A DNA stretch of 64,000 bases. Source: Phallusia mammillata. Its lineage: Eukaryota. Below the pieces are notes generated by a model. That model made no database searches. It was not told the origin of the DNA and worked only from the letters and a program-made list of their open reading frames with translations. Positions within the stretch are counted from its first letter, which is position 1. Every line of letters starts with the position of its first letter. This document shows, one piece after another, positions 59,341-64,000 of the stretch. The stretch covers positions 13,454,001 to 13,518,000 of the forward strand of contig OZ281496.1 of assembly GCA_965637545.1 (NCBI GenBank), read 5' to 3'. A program made the translations under genes and the position numbers.

Positions 59341-59785
59341 AACTTGGAATTTGGCTAGTGCTCGACTTGTTTATGATACATTTCTGCTTGATTTAGGTAT
59401 TTTTGTTGCTGTTTTTAGCAAATTAATTTGAAATGGTCGTTTAATATTTTTGTAAACAATTTGAAATTAAATACTAAACTCAAACATACTAAAATTTTCT
59501 TACGAGGGGTATAAAGATACATTTTACCTTGCTGTAGGCCTGTAGCCAGTCACCCCCTACCAACCCCAATCTGTTATTTCAAAGGATTAATTAGTTCATA
59601 CGCACCAATACCATGAACCCTGAATGCACAGAGCGTGTTTTATTGCCAAATTTGCAATGTGACCCACAAAGCAACAACAAAAACAAAAATATAACACAAA
59701 TTGTCACAGCGTTTGAAAACACAGTGTACGTTTTAATTAATAACCAAATGACAGTAAACTGGCCATAAAAATTGGATAAAACTTT

Positions 59786-61480
59786 CTAAAGATCATTTTC
59801 CGCACGAAGAAAGTGACGCAGTTTTGGCCTGTGCTCTTTCAGCCCTTCGTTCGTTAAACCACTGCTCTCGGGGAATCTGACCTTCCACGTTCGGGCAGTA
59901 ATTGTTTCCATAGTATTGCGAATGGCCGTCCCCTTTGTGGCAGGCTGCCCGCACTTCCTGCAACTATATGGCTGCCGAGATGTTGCTGCAACTTTGACGG
60001 GCGGCACAACAGTGGATAAACCTTGCGCCTCCAGCAAAGCTTGTTGTTTCTTCCTTCTTCGGTACAGAGTTGTCCTGGACACGCCCGCTGTACCTAGAAC
60101 ACGATAGCACTTGTTACCGAATTGCCAATTAACCTACCCGAGGTGGAAGGTGTATCCGACTTCTTCCACGCCCAAGTTGCCCCGCCAACTGTACCTGAAG
60201 GGTCGGACTGCTCCATTTCTTCGTGTTGTCTTGCTGGTGGCCCTTTGGGTAGTGTTTGGTAGGAAGGCAAGGCAGTTGTTGCCATGGCCGTTACTACTTC
60301 AGAAATGCCCTGAAGCAACGTCGTTTGTGTTTGTTTCCTCACCTTTTCCTTGTACCTGAAATACTAAAATATAGGTTATTTCCTTGCAAAGAATATACCG
60401 CCTTAGTTTAGCACAAAACAGGACTAACATACAAAACGTACCATTTAGTGACGCTTGTTTCGTTTACTGGTAATAGCTGAATACCAGTCAGCCCCGGCAA
60501 TAGACTGTTGTCCAGACTTTGGCGCAGTTGATTGTACTTTAGTACAGCGATCTTCCAACGTAAAGCAGACCGCTGGTCCGTGGAGGCCTTTGCCGGGTTT
60601 AGGGTTTGGTCACAAAGTCTCGTAAATATCGCCTCCGTCAGTCGGCACTGAGTGGGACCAAAACCGGGTTCTGGACCGCTGACAAAGGCTCTGCGCAAAA
60701 AAAACGCCACAATTTAAAAAGCGTCCACAAACGTGGATAAGAGGTTAATTACATTTACCTGGCTGCAGAATCAGAACCAGCGTGTGTTTTGTCTGGTTGT
60801 CTAACTCTGTGGAAACGCCCGGTAGTTTTTTTTTTCTGGCCTCTTGTCGAAATCTTCAACGTTGTTCAACAGGGATTGAATGTTTTGCACGTCACTCTGT
60901 CCCACTGCTGCACCCTGTAGGTGGACCAAAGCTTTGGCCAAGCTATCCACTTTATCCCAGCCTGGCAAACCAGAGGCATCAACGGACTCTTCTGAAAGTA
61001 TCTCCTAGAAAATGCTGCTAATTTAGCTGTCGCCAACATTGAAGGCTGCCAATAAAAAATGCATACCTCAAACTTTTTTTCCACTTCGCTGGGCAGATCC
61101 ACATAATCCAAGTTGATCTCCAGAGGGCTGTCTTCTTGCATCTCATCCAGGTCCGAAGCAAATCCTTCATTATTTTCCCTGCTTAGGTCCAGTTGGCATA
61201 GAAAATTTAGACTGTGCGCACAAATATTCCATACCAATCAGTTCCTGAGTATAAACCCCACTCGGTGACAAGGTAGTAATAGTCTGTCATATCCAAAACC
61301 AAGGGAATGGTCTTGTACAGGCCTTTGGATGTCAGGTTATGCAATTTGCAAGAGATGCATTTGAGGCTTAACCCCACATCCTGCAGGGCATCAACAAGAA
61401 GTCTCCTCAAAAAATACTTGACTGGATTCGGCTTGGCAAGATCTGTTGGTTTGGGTGCAGGTGGTGGAAAATTCATGTGG
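59786..61480 (-). pseudogene. Internally deleted DUF6729-like putative transposon protein
   Basis: YFLRRL..LTSKGLY..VLD..YYLVTE, YTQELIGMEYLCAQ, GLPGWDKVDSLA, RWKIAVLKYNQLR..QLLPVNETSVTKWY, RTTLYRRRK..YSCRKCGQP. Resembles a multi-exon invertebrate/fish family as recalled. Confidence 0.55.
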
Positions 61481-62449
61481 GTAGATCATTTGATAGGACA
61501 CCCTTGCTAGAAAACAATGACTTGCCAATCCACCTTGCATCCTCCTTTGCTGCAAACCTGACCACCAAGTGCTCTTGCCAAGATTTTTGAAGGCGAAGTG
61601 AATAGTCAGTGGGCTGCTATGAACCCTTAACCAAAATTAAGATAATATATATTACACACTTCTCAAACAAAATTTATAATGCAATTTCTTACTTTGACTA
61701 AGCCTGTGGCAGTGGTGACAACTTCCTGAGGTGAAGTGGAAAAAAGCTGAAAAACGTCAGTAATTATTGTGTTGTAGTGTATAGTGGTAACTGTAGGCTT
61801 TAAAACAGTTTCATACAGCTTGTCACAAAGGTCACAAACCTCAACATTGCCAGCAGATGTTTTCTTTGTGGTCACTGACTAAGCCAATACAACATCACTT
61901 TCACCAGTAGTGACAGGTGTGGTGGTAACAGGCAATTGTATGATAACAGCACAAGGTAAATTCAGTGATGACTGATGATTGTAAGTCCATAAATAGTGTA
62001 ATAAAGAGAATGAGTGCATAGCTCCATTAAATAATGCACTTACTGATGTTGAGGTTGACCCAGTGTCAGTATCTGCCAACACAGATTCAGGCATGAAAGA
62101 TTTTTTTTTCACCTGAAACACTAAAAAAATGTCAAACAATTATAAACCAGCCAGCTATTTAAACATATGAAAAAGTTTCAATACCTGTCCATGGTATCCG
62201 CAATTGCATTTAACCAAAGAACCAAACAAATCTTTACCAGACACATTTGTCAATCTTTTCTAACACCTTTGCCCATTTAGAGCCAGGTTTCGGCCTTTGG
62301 CCACGCTGAAACTTGAATGAGCCATTGATATAGTGCTCTATACGCACATTCCATTGCTTGTCAGATGGTCCTGATTTAGGCATGTCTATTGTAAATTTGT
62401 AAGTCTATAATGCAAACCCAAGGTGTTCAGTAAAAAGTAACACAACTTT

Positions 62450-62853
62450 AGCACATATACCAAAACAACTTTTGCTGGCACTGGCAGTTAACATTTGTAG
62501 AAAATTTCTCTAACAAACTTGACAAAAACTAATGCACAGAGAAAACTTTGTAGAACTCGAGCACATACCAAAACACTTTTCCTGCCCTTGTCTGTAATAG
62601 CACCTCACATTTGTCAAAAGAACTTAAAAAATAAAGGATTACAGTAAAAGCTTTGATTGTTGGCACTGGCAGTTAACATTTAAAAAAAAATTCTCTAACA
62701 AACTTGACATAAATTAATGCACACAGACTAACAGAGAAAACTTTAAAGAACTCGAGCACACACCAAAACACTATTCCTGCCCTTGTCTATAATAGAACCT
62801 CACATTTGTCAAGAGAACTTAAAAAATAAAGGGTTACAGTAAAAGCTTTGAAC
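62450..62853. repeat. Tandem duplication, about 190-200 bp x2
   Basis: TGGCACTGGCAGTTAACATTT...CAGTAAAAGCTTTGA occurs twice. Confidence 0.85.
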
Positions 62854-64000
62854 AATTATGGCAGCAGCACAAACCATTCTGGTTTAACCAGCAGAACAAC
62901 TATTTCTGTCAAAGCATAAAGCAGTTTGCAGCACATAAACTTGAAATGTGAATGAAGCTATTCTAAGCTGTCTTTTCAAACATCTCAAGTCTTTTTTTGT
63001 TAATTAAGAGGCCAGGAAGTTGTAGTACATCAAGCTACGGGAGATCACACTATTTTACACAAGCTTCCCGCCTTTCTGTCTACAAGCTTAATTACTCTGA
63101 GCGCAAAACTACAGGGAAAAGAGCATGACGTCAGTTAAACTACTCTCCATCATGTAATAACCTTAAACAAAGCGATTTCACACCCTAAAAAGCCGCGACG
63201 GCCTAGTTCTGCGGCGTTGCCAAGGTCGCACCGGCTTCGCGTAACGACAATTCCCAAATTCCCAATACTGTTTCAGTCACGTGATATTTGGACCAATCAG
63301 ATCGCGAATCCCAATATTCCCAATTTTGTTTCAATATTGGAGACGAACGGTCGCGCACGTCTAACTCAATTGCAAACCACTTTGACTTGTTAGATGCCAT
63401 CTTGTGTAACAGGTCGCTGACACAACCGCAAGTATTGGAATCTGGCTCAGTCCAAGGTTGTTAGACTAGGGCTTCGATGTTACAGTGTGTATTTGTTTTT
63501 GTTAGATTATGTTCTGGAGGCATGCGAGGAAGATATTTTTGTGACTGGTAGTGTAGATGAAGCACAAAGATCTTTTACTGATAGTGAAAAAGAAAACCAG
63601 GGACCTCCATCTAAACGAAAGAAATGTGGGTTTCTGGCTAAAATGTTTTTAAGCTAACTTTCTTTTTTTAAAAACCCTTTTTTGCAGTAATTAAACAAAA
63701 AAAAAATGAGCAAATACTACAGAATGTGTGTGGAATGATGAAAGGATTTTTAGAAGAACAGAAAAAAAATCATGATGAAAGGCTTAAGATGTGAATGAAC
63801 TTTCAGGTTTAAAATTTTTCAAATCTTAATGTTTTATTTATATTGTTTTAAAGCAAAAATATGTTAAAACAGATTTAAGGAAAGACAGCTTCAAAAGGAA
63901 AGAGACCATGATTATCGAATGATGCAGCTTATGAGGTATGGTATATTGCATTTCAACTAAACAACTAGTACCTTCAAGTAAAACTCTAAAAACGCATGCT

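Noticed and set aside
202-63400. Most 60-150 aa ORFs in the supplied track
   Set aside because: They are antisense or alternate-frame shadows of transposases, ZNF arrays and LINEs, or start at TTG/GTG, with no independent motif support.
63520-63945. Harbinger ORF2 (Myb/SANT-type) C-terminal exons, ERQLQKERDHDYRMMQLM
   Set aside because: Too short and fragmentary, and cut by the window edge.

Overview
AT-rich animal genomic DNA, most likely an ascidian: an exact 16-nt match to the Ciona-type spliced leader (SL), recalled from the literature, sits at 32093-32108. The window is a dense cluster of transposable elements with no conventional host gene apart from tandem C2H2 zinc-finger genes. It holds three hAT transposases with uninterrupted ORFs (17356-19158 +, 41735-44401 +, 49609-51402 -), many hAT MITEs and remnants with verifiable 8-bp target-site duplications (TSDs), a decayed PIF/Harbinger element, two copies of a CR1/L2-group LINE, R2-like (RLE-type) retrotransposon pieces and a CACTG-ended element. 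A direct segmental duplication (about 6007-14511 vs 35159-39516) shows the empty pre-insertion sites. The most interesting signals are: (1) a LINE copy whose 5' end is the SL, suggesting trans-spliced LINE RNA was retrotransposed; (2) an endogenous ssDNA-virus-like element (capsid-like ORF, HUH/SF3 Rep, third ORF) at 45833-52110 that reassembles once hAT insertions are removed; (3) an inverted pair of minimal hammerhead ribozymes at 4574-4754; (4) R2-like pieces in C-terminus-then-N-terminus order with an SL-like motif between them. All family assignments come from motif recognition by eye; no database search was run.
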